Origin: Candidatus Pacearchaeota archaeon
Lineage (GTDB): Archaea > Nanobdellota > Nanobdellia > Pacearchaeales > GW2011-AR1
Assembly: GCA_038740375.1 (NCBI GenBank)
Contig: JAVYLW010000001.1
Coordinates: 11,530-75,529 of the forward strand
Length of the DNA: 64,000 bases
Reading direction: 5' to 3'
A model generated the notes under the pieces. That model was not told the DNA's origin, did not search any database, and was given only the letters and a program-made list of their open reading frames with translations. Numbering within the stretch: the first letter of the stretch is position 1; the number at the start of each line of letters is the position of its first letter. Of the stretch, positions 21,701 through 30,907 are shown piece after piece. The translations under genes were made by a program, and so were the position numbers.

Positions 21701-22224
21701 AAATTGAAACAGTAAGACAAAGACTTGCAAACGATAAAGACCCTTATTATAATACAGGTTTCACACATGATTGTTACAATTTTAATTTAGGAGTAAACTG
21801 CAGTTCATATAAAATAATTCCTACTATGCAAGAGAAAGTTGAAAAACAAATGGAATTGTGTGTTAAGCTTAGAAGCGTTAATCAAGGAGATGTTGCAAGA
21901 TTAATAATAGACAGACATTTTATGAGAGATTTAAAAGGTAATCTCAGGAAATTTTCTCAACAAAATTTTAGATGTGGTAAATGTAACGAAATTTATAGAA
22001 GACCTCCTTTAAATGGAAAATGTTCAAAGTGTGGAAATCCAAAACTTATTTTTACTATCTCTTATGGAAGTATTATAAAATATCTTGAACCTGCATTAAG
22101 TTTGACAAAAAATTACGATGTTCCTTCTTATATACAACAGGATTTAGAATTAACTAAAAAATATATTGAAAGCATATTTGGTAAAGAGACTGAAAAACAA
22201 GTTTCTATAAATGAGTGGTTTTAA
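18772..22224 (+). CDS. polC: DNA polymerase D large (catalytic) subunit DP2
   Basis: GPIRSAGTT, RYGRSR, GARMGRPEKA, RRDCDGDE catalytic motif, Zn fingers; no intein visible. Confidence 0.97.
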   Translation: MNFHYTTENYFFNLSKEIDKNYEIAKLARAKGLDPKYEVEVPLALTMAAKVVKLIATIYPQLDNEEIINRILELEKKYGPLDSSVSFKIAEEIAQGRFCSFENQLEAMDAGIRVGFAYITLGVVSSPIEGFTGLKLGRTHDGKNYIKAFFSGPIRSAGTTAACVALMLIDYIRQIFGYARYDPTEQEAKRTVTELYDYHERVTNLQYLPTEEEAYFVAKNMPFQIDGDPTEKKEVSNFKDLPRIETNFIRGGFCLVIGEGICQKAKKGLRLLKNIQKNGFKINDWDWLESYVELHEKRDMGKTDSSPTYIKDLVAGRPVFGYPGKGFRFRYGRSRVSGFSAASIHPATMGITNDFIATGTQLKIERPSKGCCITPCDKIEGPIVKLKNGSVKKPKTYEEAKNLYNDITEIIYLGDLLFSLGDVINRNAVLIKPGYVPEWWNLELEKCGGKVDDFYNVSLEDAVNLSLKYNIPLHPNFIYYWNEINLEQFLGLVDFLMHSRVIDGKLLLPYNSSEKERFKVGKRALELVGVCHDVTIENVVLNKDETKSFLINLGYDSNYEGEINLNIDFKEPISEVLEIINKLSKFKIKDKSGEFIGARMGRPEKAKIRKLTGSPCVLFPVGEEGGRLRSVNEAENIGFVNGEFPFNFCNKCKRETIYNVCEICGEKTEAKYYCKICDREIKNGKICHLHNIGSNFKKMKIDLKHYFEIAKNKLGFLKIDVPTLIKGVRGTSSENHNVENLVKGILRAKYGLTVNKDGTIRYDTTELPLTHFKPIEINVSIEKLRELGYTKDIYGKDLTSDFQILELKPHDVILPCNNECGDEKADDVFFNATKFIDELLEKFYGLPKFYNLKKKEDLIGHLGVCMAPHNCAGVICRFLGFSKVQGLLASPYMHAAMRRDCDGDEAALMLLLDVLINFSRAFLPSHRGGTQDAPLVLNGRINAKEVDDQILDFELVYNYPLELYEKAEKKVHSGEIKIETVRQRLANDKDPYYNTGFTHDCYNFNLGVNCSSYKIIPTMQEKVEKQMELCVKLRSVNQGDVARLIIDRHFMRDLKGNLRKFSQQNFRCGKCNEIYRRPPLNGKCSKCGNPKLIFTISYGSIIKYLEPALSLTKNYDVPSYIQQDLELTKKYIESIFGKETEKQVSINEWF

Positions 22225-22264
22225 ATAAATATAATTTTAAAAAACTATTAGCTTAGAATAATTT

Positions 22265-23026
22265 TTAATTTCTATTTAATAGATTAAACAATTTTCCAAA
22301 TTTGTATAGTCTATTTTCTTTATTATTATAAATTATAACTTGGAATTTTTTAATAGTGTTACCATTAATAATAAATTTATTAATAAATTTTGAGTCATAT
22401 AAGATATTGTTGAGATTATATCCTATCGAAATGGGACTGAAACTAGGAATAATATAAATTTCAAAATTTTTCCAAAATCCATACAAAAAACAACTATATT
22501 TTTCTTTTTTATATTTATCAGAAAGAGTTATTGAAGGATGCAAATGTCCTAAAATAAGAGTTTTACAATTTAATACCCATTCTTTTTTGAATAAATTTCC
22601 ATGTAAAAAACAAATATTCTTATATTTATAATAATAATTTAATTGAATTTTCTTTTTTTTTATTATATTTATTATATAATTATCATGATTTCCTCTAATA
22701 ATAATAATTTTTTTGCATTTTAGATATAAAAAATCTAATAATTTTAAAATTTCTTTCCATTCAGAATAAATATTTTTAGAAAATTCATGTTTAAGATCAC
22801 CAAGAATTATTATTTTTTCTAAAATTACTTTATTCTTCTTTAAAATATAAAAAATTCTATTTAATTTTTCAATTATTTCTTTGTATTGATATTTTGGAAT
22901 AAGAACTATGTTCTCTAAACTTTCCTCATATCCTAAGTGCAAGTCAGAAATAACTAAAATTTTATCATCAATTAATAAAGAATCTTCTAAAATTTCTATT
23001 TTAACATTAATTTTATTTTTAACCAT
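22265..23026 (-). CDS. Calcineurin-like metallophosphoesterase (Lhr-associated)
   Basis: SDLHLG, GDLKH, RGNHD, HG and GHLHP motifs. Confidence 0.9.
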   Translation of the reverse strand: MVKNKINVKIEILEDSLLIDDKILVISDLHLGYEESLENIVLIPKYQYKEIIEKLNRIFYILKKNKVILEKIIILGDLKHEFSKNIYSEWKEILKLLDFLYLKCKKIIIIRGNHDNYIINIIKKKKIQLNYYYKYKNICFLHGNLFKKEWVLNCKTLILGHLHPSITLSDKYKKEKYSCFLYGFWKNFEIYIIPSFSPISIGYNLNNILYDSKFINKFIINGNTIKKFQVIIYNNKENRLYKFGKLFNLLNRN

Positions 23027-23085
23027 TTTTAAAAATTTATATGAAATTTATAAATAATACTTACGTTATATATTTTAATTGTTTA

Positions 23086-23120
23086 TGTTTTAAACATTGT
23101 TTTAAACAGGTGTTTAAACA
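23086..23120. repeat. Cluster of three TGTTT(T)AAACA palindromes
   Basis: Copies at 23086-23096, 23098-23108, 23111-23120. Confidence 0.8.
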
Positions 23121-23135
23121 GTTAATTTTACCTTT

Positions 23136-25751
23136 TTATTCTTTATTACTAATTTCGCGAATTATTTCAGCATGAATTCTCTTTAAAAATTCTATTCTAT
23201 CCTCTATTTTAAGTAAATCACTATATCCTTGTAAAACTAAATTTGTTGCAAATGGAGATGGTAATTTAGTTGTTATCTTTTCAATTATCACATCTTTATT
23301 TTTTATCCAGTTTAATACTTTCTCAGAATTTTTTATGTCCATTAAATCTTCTAAAACTTCACGTCTAGCTTCTTTTAATATAGGAAAATCTTTAGATATT
23401 TTGTATATAGCATTTAAAAGAAAAAAGGATTTCATTTGTTGTTTTCCAACAGTTTTTCTTTTTCCTTTATAATTTTTAAGTATCATCAAAGATCTTGCAG
23501 CACAATGTCTAAACCTTCTTTTTAATATTTCTGTTTTAGAAATAGCTTCTTCACAAACTTTCCTTAAATTTTCACTATTCAAAAATTTTAAAGCCTCATC
23601 TACCTTGATATTTTCACCAGCAAAATAAAATCCATTATCTGATATTCCTATTTCAATATCTCTACCGATTTTTTGAGCCATTAAATATGCAATTGCTCTA
23701 GAAAGACAATCATTTACTCTTCTACCATAGAGAGAATGAAATATTACATATTTTTTTTCACCATTATAAATTTCAATTAAAAGTCTTTTTTCATGAGGAA
23801 TTTTTGCATATCTATATTGTTCATTAAAATAATTGTATATTCCAAGTGAAACAGATTCATTTACATAACAATAATCACTTATAAATCTAATAATCTCTTC
23901 TTGAGAATATCTTCTTTCAAATTTTTCATTTAATAGTCTTCTAAACCGGTTTATTTCCTGTGCAGATTCAAACGATAATGGAAGCATTTCAGAAAACCAA
24001 GAGGGAATAGTTGGATTTTTTCTTGTTTCAGCTTTGACATAAGCAACCATTCCACGAGTATATAAAAATTGATATTTTTTTCCTCCAAGAACAAAAACAT
24101 CTCCTGGCTTCATTTTTTCTAAAAATTCTTCATCAATAAAACCTATTCTTTTTCCAACATATTCTCCACTTCCAATTATAACAGAAACAAAACTTTCTTC
24201 AGGAATTGTTCCTATATTAGTCATATAAATTACTCTTGCAAGTTTTCCTTTTTTTCCAACTTGTTTTGTTTTTTCATCATACCATATCTTTGCATAAACA
24301 TTTTTATGTTCAAGAGCATATTCTCCAGAAAGATAAGATATTACTGACATAAAATCTTCTTTGGAAAGTTCAGAATAACAATAGCTTTTTCTTATTACGT
24401 TTAACATTTCATCCAAATTCCATGTTTTTTGTATACACATTCCATATATTTGTTGAGATAAAACATCAAGACAATTTTTTGGTATATATATATTATCTAT
24501 CTTCTTTTCTTTTACTTCTTTATTTAATATGCTACATTCAACTAAGTCATCTCTATCTAATACTATGAATCTACCTTTTGAAATATCATCTAGTTTATGT
24601 CCACTTCTTCCAATTCTTTGTATAGCTCTTGCTGAACTTTTTGGACTTCCAAGTAATATCACTAAGTCTATTGAACCTATATCAATTCCAAGCTCTAAAG
24701 ATGTTGAAGTTACAACAACCTTAAGTTCACCTTTTCTTAATTTTTCTTCAATTTCAAATCTATGCTCTTTTGAGAGTGAAGAGTGATGTGCACCTATATT
24801 TGAATTCAGATTTTCAGAATAATTTTTTGGAAACATTTCTTTTAAATGATGAACAACTCTTTCAGTTGCAGAGCGAGTATTTGTAAATATAAGTGTAGTT
24901 TTGTGTTCTTGTATTAACTTATCGATAAGTTCGTATAATGAATTATGAATATCTTCTCTTGTTGTTTCAATTAAATCATTAGTTCCTGTTAATACATTAA
25001 CATCTATTTTTTTTATTGATAAAACTTCAGCAATTAAACATTCTCTATCACTTCCAACCAGGAAATTAGCTACTTCTATAAGAGGAGAAATAGTTGCAGA
25101 AAGCCCTATTCTGACAGGAGTTATTTTTGAAATATTTTCCAATCTTTCAAGAGAAATTGATTGATAAACTCCTCTTTTATTTCCAAGAGAATGTATTTCA
25201 TCAATAATTATGAATTCAACACCGTAAAATATTTCAATAAACTTTTTTGTGGTTAGAGAAATAGCTAAACTTTCAGGAGTTGTTATTAATATGTGAGGAG
25301 GATTTTTAAGCATTTTAGTTTTTTCATTAGAGGAAGTATCTCCTGTTTTTATAGCAATTCTTATTTTTTGCAAAAAAATTCCATTTTTTTCAGCAATTTT
25401 ATATATTTCTCCAAGAGGTCTAATAAGATTTACAAAAATGTCATTATTAAGAGCTTTTAAAGGACTAGAATAAATACAATAAATTTTTTTTTCTAATTCA
25501 TTTCTTTTAGCAAGAATAACTAAGTAATTTAAAATTGACAAAAAACTAGTTAAAGTTTTACCATTTCCAGTAGGTGCAGATATCAATATATTTTTTCTTT
25601 CATGAATGGGTATTACTCCATATAATTGGCTTTCTGAAAAATCTTTAAACCTTGAGAAAAACCATTCTTTAACTAAAGGGTCTAGAACTCTAAGTATCTC
25701 TTCATGATTTCTTTTTTCTGCTTTAGTATATAAATTATTTTCTTTTTTCAT
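23136..25751 (-). CDS. lhr: Lhr-family ATP-dependent SF2 helicase
   Basis: APTGNGKT, SPLKALNND, DEIH, SAT, HHSSLS, SLELGIDIG, QRIGRSGH motifs. Confidence 0.93.
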   Translation of the reverse strand: MKKENNLYTKAEKRNHEEILRVLDPLVKEWFFSRFKDFSESQLYGVIPIHERKNILISAPTGNGKTLTSFLSILNYLVILAKRNELEKKIYCIYSSPLKALNNDIFVNLIRPLGEIYKIAEKNGIFLQKIRIAIKTGDTSSNEKTKMLKNPPHILITTPESLAISLTTKKFIEIFYGVEFIIIDEIHSLGNKRGVYQSISLERLENISKITPVRIGLSATISPLIEVANFLVGSDRECLIAEVLSIKKIDVNVLTGTNDLIETTREDIHNSLYELIDKLIQEHKTTLIFTNTRSATERVVHHLKEMFPKNYSENLNSNIGAHHSSLSKEHRFEIEEKLRKGELKVVVTSTSLELGIDIGSIDLVILLGSPKSSARAIQRIGRSGHKLDDISKGRFIVLDRDDLVECSILNKEVKEKKIDNIYIPKNCLDVLSQQIYGMCIQKTWNLDEMLNVIRKSYCYSELSKEDFMSVISYLSGEYALEHKNVYAKIWYDEKTKQVGKKGKLARVIYMTNIGTIPEESFVSVIIGSGEYVGKRIGFIDEEFLEKMKPGDVFVLGGKKYQFLYTRGMVAYVKAETRKNPTIPSWFSEMLPLSFESAQEINRFRRLLNEKFERRYSQEEIIRFISDYCYVNESVSLGIYNYFNEQYRYAKIPHEKRLLIEIYNGEKKYVIFHSLYGRRVNDCLSRAIAYLMAQKIGRDIEIGISDNGFYFAGENIKVDEALKFLNSENLRKVCEEAISKTEILKRRFRHCAARSLMILKNYKGKRKTVGKQQMKSFFLLNAIYKISKDFPILKEARREVLEDLMDIKNSEKVLNWIKNKDVIIEKITTKLPSPFATNLVLQGYSDLLKIEDRIEFLKRIHAEIIREISNKE

Positions 25752-26002
25752 TTTTTAATTTAAAAACTATAGAAATATAATTTATAAAATTATAGAACTA
25801 TTCTATTTAAAAATTTATAAAATATTTTCGTAATTTGAGTCTTATACGTTCAAGAATAGATTATAACTATAAAGATCTTTTGATTTTACTCATGATTCTG
25901 TAATACTTTTATTTATTGTTCTTTCAATTTTTTGTTCATTAACAAAAATAACATAAATCTGTACTTTTTTAATGAAATAAAAATTATTTATATTATTGTT
26001 AT

Positions 26003-27880
26003 TTATCTAGAAGGTATATTAAAATCGTTTATTGTAGAGTTTTTAATAGATACTTTAGATTTATCTAGAGAAGATAAATCTAATCCAGCACTATTTTTAT
26101 GTTTTCTATTATATTCTTGAACAAAAATCCATATAATCATTATAATAATCATAATTATTACAACAAAAATAAGGTATAATATTACTTTTCCGCTTTTAAA
26201 AACAAATTTATTAGGTTTTTCTATTTCAGTAATATTTATTTTCCATATTTTTGAATCAGCATAAATTCCTTTTCTTATTTGAACCTCTAATATATGGTTT
26301 CCAACAGATAAATCTGATATTAAAATTGCAGTTGAATTTTCATTTATCAATTTATTATCCAAATACCATTTTATACTATCTATAGTAGATAAACTATTTC
26401 CAATCATAAAAGTCATGTTTTTTCCATATGATTCGTTAATCTCAGTTAAATTAGGTACAGGATCTTTTATTTTTAAAGTATAATTTATTGTAGAAGAATT
26501 ATTAGAAATATTATTAATAGACGGAGGCTTATTAGAAATTATTTCTTTTTTAATTAAAAAATTTATTGTTGCTCTAGTTTCATATAAACTATCATTTGCG
26601 TATATATAAAAATTTCCAGAACCAAACCAATTATTTAGAGGAGTAATAGTTAGAATGCTGCCAGATAAGTTAATTTTGATATTTGTATTATTGTTTGAAA
26701 ATTTATAAATTAAAGAATCTCCGTCAGGATCCTTAAAACAATTTGAGATATCATAGGTTAGAGAAACATTATTGAAAAAAGTGAATTTTTCAATATCACA
26801 ATTTTCATATATAAAAATAGGAGTTCTATTTTGACTAGTATTAATTATACAAACGCTCTGATTACAATAATAATTTGTAGAAATCATACTGCAAGGAAAA
26901 ATTCCATCATCAACAGCATTATTAGAACAAAAATATTCGCGAACGTGTGTTATATTATAGCATTCATCTTCTTTTCTAATACTAGAATTTTCAGTAGTTC
27001 CTTTAACAGTTAAATTTAAACCATTATCGCTATCACTGCAAATATCAGATATAACTTCTATATTAAAATTATTACTAATAACACTATCAACTCCAGGATA
27101 GCTTAAAGTTATATTAGCACTACATGTTCCAACATCACTTCCAGCATAAAAATCAAGTGTTCTTGAATTAAGAAAATCTTCAGATTTTCGAATCTCAACT
27201 TTAGGAGTAGATATAAGATAACTAAAAGATAGTCCTTCATCTCCAGGAACAAGATTTTTAAAGTATTCTTTAAGATCTATAATTCTATATTTATTTTTGT
27301 TTACATATATTCTATAATCAGGAATGTTTTTAATCTGTGTTAAATTAACAGAAGAGTCTTGGTTTATAATTGCAATAGCTATAATGTTAAATACGTAAGT
27401 AAAGTTAGATCCGCAGTTTGTTTGTTCAATATTAATAGTATAAGTTTTAGGATTTAAATCTGGAAAATCTGTTTCTATTGAATAATAACAATCTCCTCCT
27501 TTTTCTATAGTTCTATTAAATATAATTAAAATATACTTTATTGTACCTATTGTTGAAGTTCTAGATAATGTTAATATTGCAGTTTTATTTTCATTAGTAA
27601 AACTATGAATTTCATTTAATTTTTCATACATCTCAGAATAACTATTTATTTTATTAAATAAGCTTAAAGTTCCTAAATTTTCTTCATCAGGAATAAAAAT
27701 TTTTGTATTAGAAATTTTTGTATTGATATTTATAATTATAAAAAGAACAACTAATATTATTAAAATAATCATAAAAATAATTAGCAATCTAAAAGGAAGA
27801 CTTTTCTTAACATTTTCATTTAAAAATTTATATTTAATATTTCCCCTATTTTTAGTATTTTTTTTAACACCCTTTTTCAT
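26003..27880 (-). CDS. Surface glycoprotein with N- and C-terminal TM segments, Cys-rich and cadherin/Ig-like modules
   Basis: CSDSDNG..EYFC module, FKDPDGDSL motif, many sequons. Confidence 0.75.
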   Translation of the reverse strand: MKKGVKKNTKNRGNIKYKFLNENVKKSLPFRLLIIFMIILIILVVLFIIININTKISNTKIFIPDEENLGTLSLFNKINSYSEMYEKLNEIHSFTNENKTAILTLSRTSTIGTIKYILIIFNRTIEKGGDCYYSIETDFPDLNPKTYTINIEQTNCGSNFTYVFNIIAIAIINQDSSVNLTQIKNIPDYRIYVNKNKYRIIDLKEYFKNLVPGDEGLSFSYLISTPKVEIRKSEDFLNSRTLDFYAGSDVGTCSANITLSYPGVDSVISNNFNIEVISDICSDSDNGLNLTVKGTTENSSIRKEDECYNITHVREYFCSNNAVDDGIFPCSMISTNYYCNQSVCIINTSQNRTPIFIYENCDIEKFTFFNNVSLTYDISNCFKDPDGDSLIYKFSNNNTNIKINLSGSILTITPLNNWFGSGNFYIYANDSLYETRATINFLIKKEIISNKPPSINNISNNSSTINYTLKIKDPVPNLTEINESYGKNMTFMIGNSLSTIDSIKWYLDNKLINENSTAILISDLSVGNHILEVQIRKGIYADSKIWKINITEIEKPNKFVFKSGKVILYLIFVVIIMIIIMIIWIFVQEYNRKHKNSAGLDLSSLDKSKVSIKNSTINDFNIPSR

Positions 27881-27933
27881 GATTTATCAAATATAAACAA
27901 ATTTAAAAACTTAATGATTTTTAATTTAGGATA

Positions 27934-28203
27934 ATGAAGTTGAGTGAGGATAAAAAAAACCGAATTATTGAACAAATTTTATTTTTTTTATATCATTCTT
28001 TTCCTAAAGAGCCATACACTGCAGAAATAGCAAGAGAAATAGCAAGAGATGAGGAATTTGTTAAAAGACTGCTTTTTGAATTAAAAGAAAAGAATTTAGT
28101 TATTCCAATAAGAAAAAATAACAAAGGAATTGCTTATTGTAAAAGATTAAGATGGAGATTATCTAACAGAGTTTATGATTTCTATAAATCAAAAGATAAA
28201 TAG
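27934..28203 (+). CDS. Small winged-helix DNA-binding protein
   Basis: TAEIAREIARDEEFVKRLLFELKEKNLV helix-turn-helix plus wing. Confidence 0.75.
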   Translation: MKLSEDKKNRIIEQILFFLYHSFPKEPYTAEIAREIARDEEFVKRLLFELKEKNLVIPIRKNNKGIAYCKRLRWRLSNRVYDFYKSKDK

Positions 28204-28369
28204 CTTTTATTTTGTTTTAAATTCAGATTGAAAAATTAACTGTTCACCTTTTATTCTGAACTAAATCTATTTTTTAATTATTTTTATAATTAATAATAAG
28301 TTTAATATATAAGCATAACTATTTTAATATATAACAACATTTAAATAACGTTTTTTTGATATTCTACTT

Positions 28370-29239
28370 ATGGAAAATGATCCTATAAAATTAGCTTTTC
28401 AAAAAGTTAAACAAGATATTATTAATTTAGAGAATCGTGTAAATACTTTAAACAATGATATAAAAAACGTATATTTTGAATTTTATAAAGTCTCTGAAAA
28501 TATTGATATTATTGTTTCAAGATTAAACGATTTAAATAAAGAATTTAATGATTTTAAGATAATTATAAAAAATTTGCATGAAGATTTAAAGAACCAAGGA
28601 CTATCTTTTTTGTCTCAGAGAAATATATCTGTAGATACTTCTTTAGATGAAAATTATATTCCAACAAATAATTCGATAAACCAACATATAAATTCAACAT
28701 TTTTAGATAATACAACAAATAATCCAACAATTCCACAGGAAATAAAGGGGTTAAAAAGCAAAAATATTGATTTTTCCACAGGAAATAAAGGGGTTACAAC
28801 AGACAAACAAACAATTAAACAGACAGATATACCGACAAATATTTTGAATGAATCTAACTCTAAAAATGTTGATTTCGATTTTAATAATATCTCTATAGAA
28901 AACAATATTAAGGAAGCTAAAGTAATGCTTGATTCTTTAGATCGTCTAAAAAAAGAAATAAGACAAAAATTTAAGCGTTTAACTTCTCAAGAAATGTTAG
29001 TTTTTTCAACAATATATCAACAAGAAGAGGAGGATTCTGAAGAGAATACTTATAGAAAAATAGCAAAAAAATTAAAATTATCAGAATCTTCTATAAGAGA
29101 CTATACTCTAAGACTTATTTCTAAAGGAATACCTATTAAAAAAAGAAAAATTAATAATAAAAAAGTTATTCTATATATTTCTCCAGAACTTAAAAAAATA
29201 GCAACTCTATCAACAATAATAAAATTAAGAGAACTGTAA
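28370..29239 (+). CDS. Coiled-coil + low-complexity linker + C-terminal winged-helix protein (contains intragenic ORB-like boxes)
   Basis: N-terminal heptads; LTSQEMLVF...TYRKIAKKLKLSESSIRDY wHTH. Confidence 0.85.
   Translation: MENDPIKLAFQKVKQDIINLENRVNTLNNDIKNVYFEFYKVSENIDIIVSRLNDLNKEFNDFKIIIKNLHEDLKNQGLSFLSQRNISVDTSLDENYIPTNNSINQHINSTFLDNTTNNPTIPQEIKGLKSKNIDFSTGNKGVTTDKQTIKQTDIPTNILNESNSKNVDFDFNNISIENNIKEAKVMLDSLDRLKKEIRQKFKRLTSQEMLVFSTIYQQEEEDSEENTYRKIAKKLKLSESSIRDYTLRLISKGIPIKKRKINNKKVILYISPELKKIATLSTIIKLREL
28731..28796 (+). repeat. Two identical 23-bp ORB-like boxes TTCCACAGGAAATAAAGGGGTTA
   Basis: 28731-28753 and 28774-28796; 43-bp period; TTCCA-N3-GAAA plus G-string architecture. 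Confidence 0.85.
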
Positions 29240-29663
29240 ACCTATTAAATCTATTTTTTAAATTTTTAAGCCTTATAAGTTAAAAAACACATCAGAGCAT
29301 TTATTTCAAAATGCTCCTCCTATATTTAAATTTATTACCCATCTGTTTAGAGTATAATTTTTAAATTTTTATTCGTTGTAACGAATTTAAAAAAAATTAT
29401 ACTCATTTTTTGAGATTAATAATTTTTTAAAAATATAAATTTAGCTTTTTTAAGCTTTATTAAATAATTTTTTTTATTTATCTTCATTTTACATTTAACT
29501 CTCTAAATTTTATTTTAATTCTTTTGCAGGCGCTATATAACTCTCTTTTTTTATTATAACAAATACTTTTTTATATCTTTTTTTAAATTATTTCCATAAT
29601 TATCTCCATAACACTCATTCTTATAACAAAATTTGAAAAAATTATGCAATATACTATTAGTTC

Positions 29664-29772
29664 TAACTCTCACTTTTCCAATTTTTTCCAATTTTTTCCC
29701 CTTTTTAATAACTACATTACTAACTACATATAAATCTATTCTCATATTTAACTCTCACTTTTCCAATTTTTT
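29664..29772. repeat. 24-bp direct repeat TAACTCTCACTTTTCCAATTTTTT (2 copies)
   Basis: 29664-29687 and 29749-29772; partial TAACTCTC cores near 29496 and 29538. Confidence 0.8.
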
Positions 29773-29780
29773 TAGGAATT

Positions 29781-30413
29781 TTATATTTGATTTTCATTTA
29801 AATAATAATCATCAAATTTTTTATCTTTTTTATTTTTCATTTTTTTTGATTTTAATAACTCTTGCTTGATTTCATCAGGTATATAAACTCTTTTTTTATT
29901 ATTCTCACATATTATTTCTTCTATCAATCCTTCACTTTTTTGCCTTATAGCATTTATTTGACCTCTAATTGTCGCAGTTTTTTTACCGAGCATAGACGCT
30001 AAGTCTTCATAAGAAAGTTTCATATCAGAATTTAATAAAACAAATACAATAGCACGTTCAGTTATAGATAAATTATTCAAAAAAGCTGTTTGAACATCTG
30101 TTTGAACATTGTTTAAAACATCATTTTTAACTGTTTGTTTAGAAAACAATGTTTGTCGCTGTTTAATAAACGGTCTATTAAAAAGAAATTGAAGTTTATT
30201 TCTAATTTCCTCTATTTCTTCATTTATTCTCGACAAATTTTCTTGAACTTCATAAATTTGATATTTTAGATTTGAATTTTCGGTGTTTAAATGTTTAATC
30301 CAACTATTAAGTTTGTTTATATCTGATTTAGCGCTGTTGAAACCTGTTTGAACAGCTTGTTTTAATAAATCTAATTCCTTTTTTTCAGCTTTTTTTCTAA
30401 AAAATCCAAACAT
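29781..30413 (-). CDS. Coiled-coil + linker + C-terminal winged-helix protein with MFGFFRKK N-terminus
   Basis: LSITERAIV...LSYEDLASMLGKKTATIRGQIN HTH; linker encoded by TGTTTGAACA repeats. Confidence 0.85.
   Translation of the reverse strand: MFGFFRKKAEKKELDLLKQAVQTGFNSAKSDINKLNSWIKHLNTENSNLKYQIYEVQENLSRINEEIEEIRNKLQFLFNRPFIKQRQTLFSKQTVKNDVLNNVQTDVQTAFLNNLSITERAIVFVLLNSDMKLSYEDLASMLGKKTATIRGQINAIRQKSEGLIEEIICENNKKRVYIPDEIKQELLKSKKMKNKKDKKFDDYYLNENQI
30087..30120. repeat. Three phased TGTTT(G/AA)AACA palindromes inside the CDS
   Basis: 30087-30096, 30099-30108, 30110-30120; another copy at 30345-30354. Confidence 0.8.
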
Positions 30414-30567
30414 ATTATAATTTTATTATTTTCTATTTATAAATTTTACTGTTTTTATTCTTGTTTAAATATATTAATAAATGATTATCGTCGATAAAAA
30501 ACACAAAAAAATTCAGATTCTTAAAATACATTTTTTATTTAAAACAAAAATCTATCTAAATTTTAGC

Positions 30568-30587
30568 TGTTTAAAACTGTTTAAACA
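30568..30587. repeat. TGTTTAAA(A)C palindrome pair upstream of the wHTH gene
   Basis: tgtttaaaactgtttaaaca. Confidence 0.7.
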
Positions 30588-30738
30588 GTTAAAATTATAA
30601 AAATTATTCTTTTATTTTTTTAATTTATTTATAAAAATAATAAAAAAATAAACATATTTTTTGACATTTTTTATATTTTAGAGATATTCAAAAATATATT
30701 CTATAAATTATAAAAAAATAATTTAAAAGTTTAATAGT

Positions 30739-30788
30739 AAATTAGCTAAAAATTAGCTAAAAATTAATCAAAAATTAGCTAAAAATTA
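30739..30788. repeat. 11-bp tandem repeat AAATTAGCTAA (about 4.5 units, one degenerate)
   Basis: Direct reading of the sequence. Confidence 0.75.
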
Positions 30789-30907
30789 AATAAAATTATT
30801 ATTTTAAAAATCTTAATATAATAAAAATTGTAAAATAGTAATATTTATAAATAAAAATGTTTTTTTGGAATTACTACAAATATCTAAAATAGGTTAAAAA
30901 TAATAAA

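Noticed and set aside
18772..22224. Intein in DP2 (or in Cdc6/Lhr)
   Set aside because: Lengths are normal and no splice-junction or homing-endonuclease motifs are seen
28731..29772. 23-bp and 24-bp direct repeats as mini-CRISPR arrays
   Set aside because: Only two copies each, with gaps of 20 and 61 bp; one pair lies inside a CDS and matches the ORB shape instead
29554..29869. ORF-track ORFs 29554-29745 (-) and 29633-29869 (+)
   Set aside because: Low-complexity translations of the repeat-rich spacer with no protein-like features
30739..30788. 11-bp tandem repeat as part of the origin module
   Set aside because: Simple AT-rich minisatellite with no sequence link to the ORB or GTTTAAAC motifs; listed only as a feature
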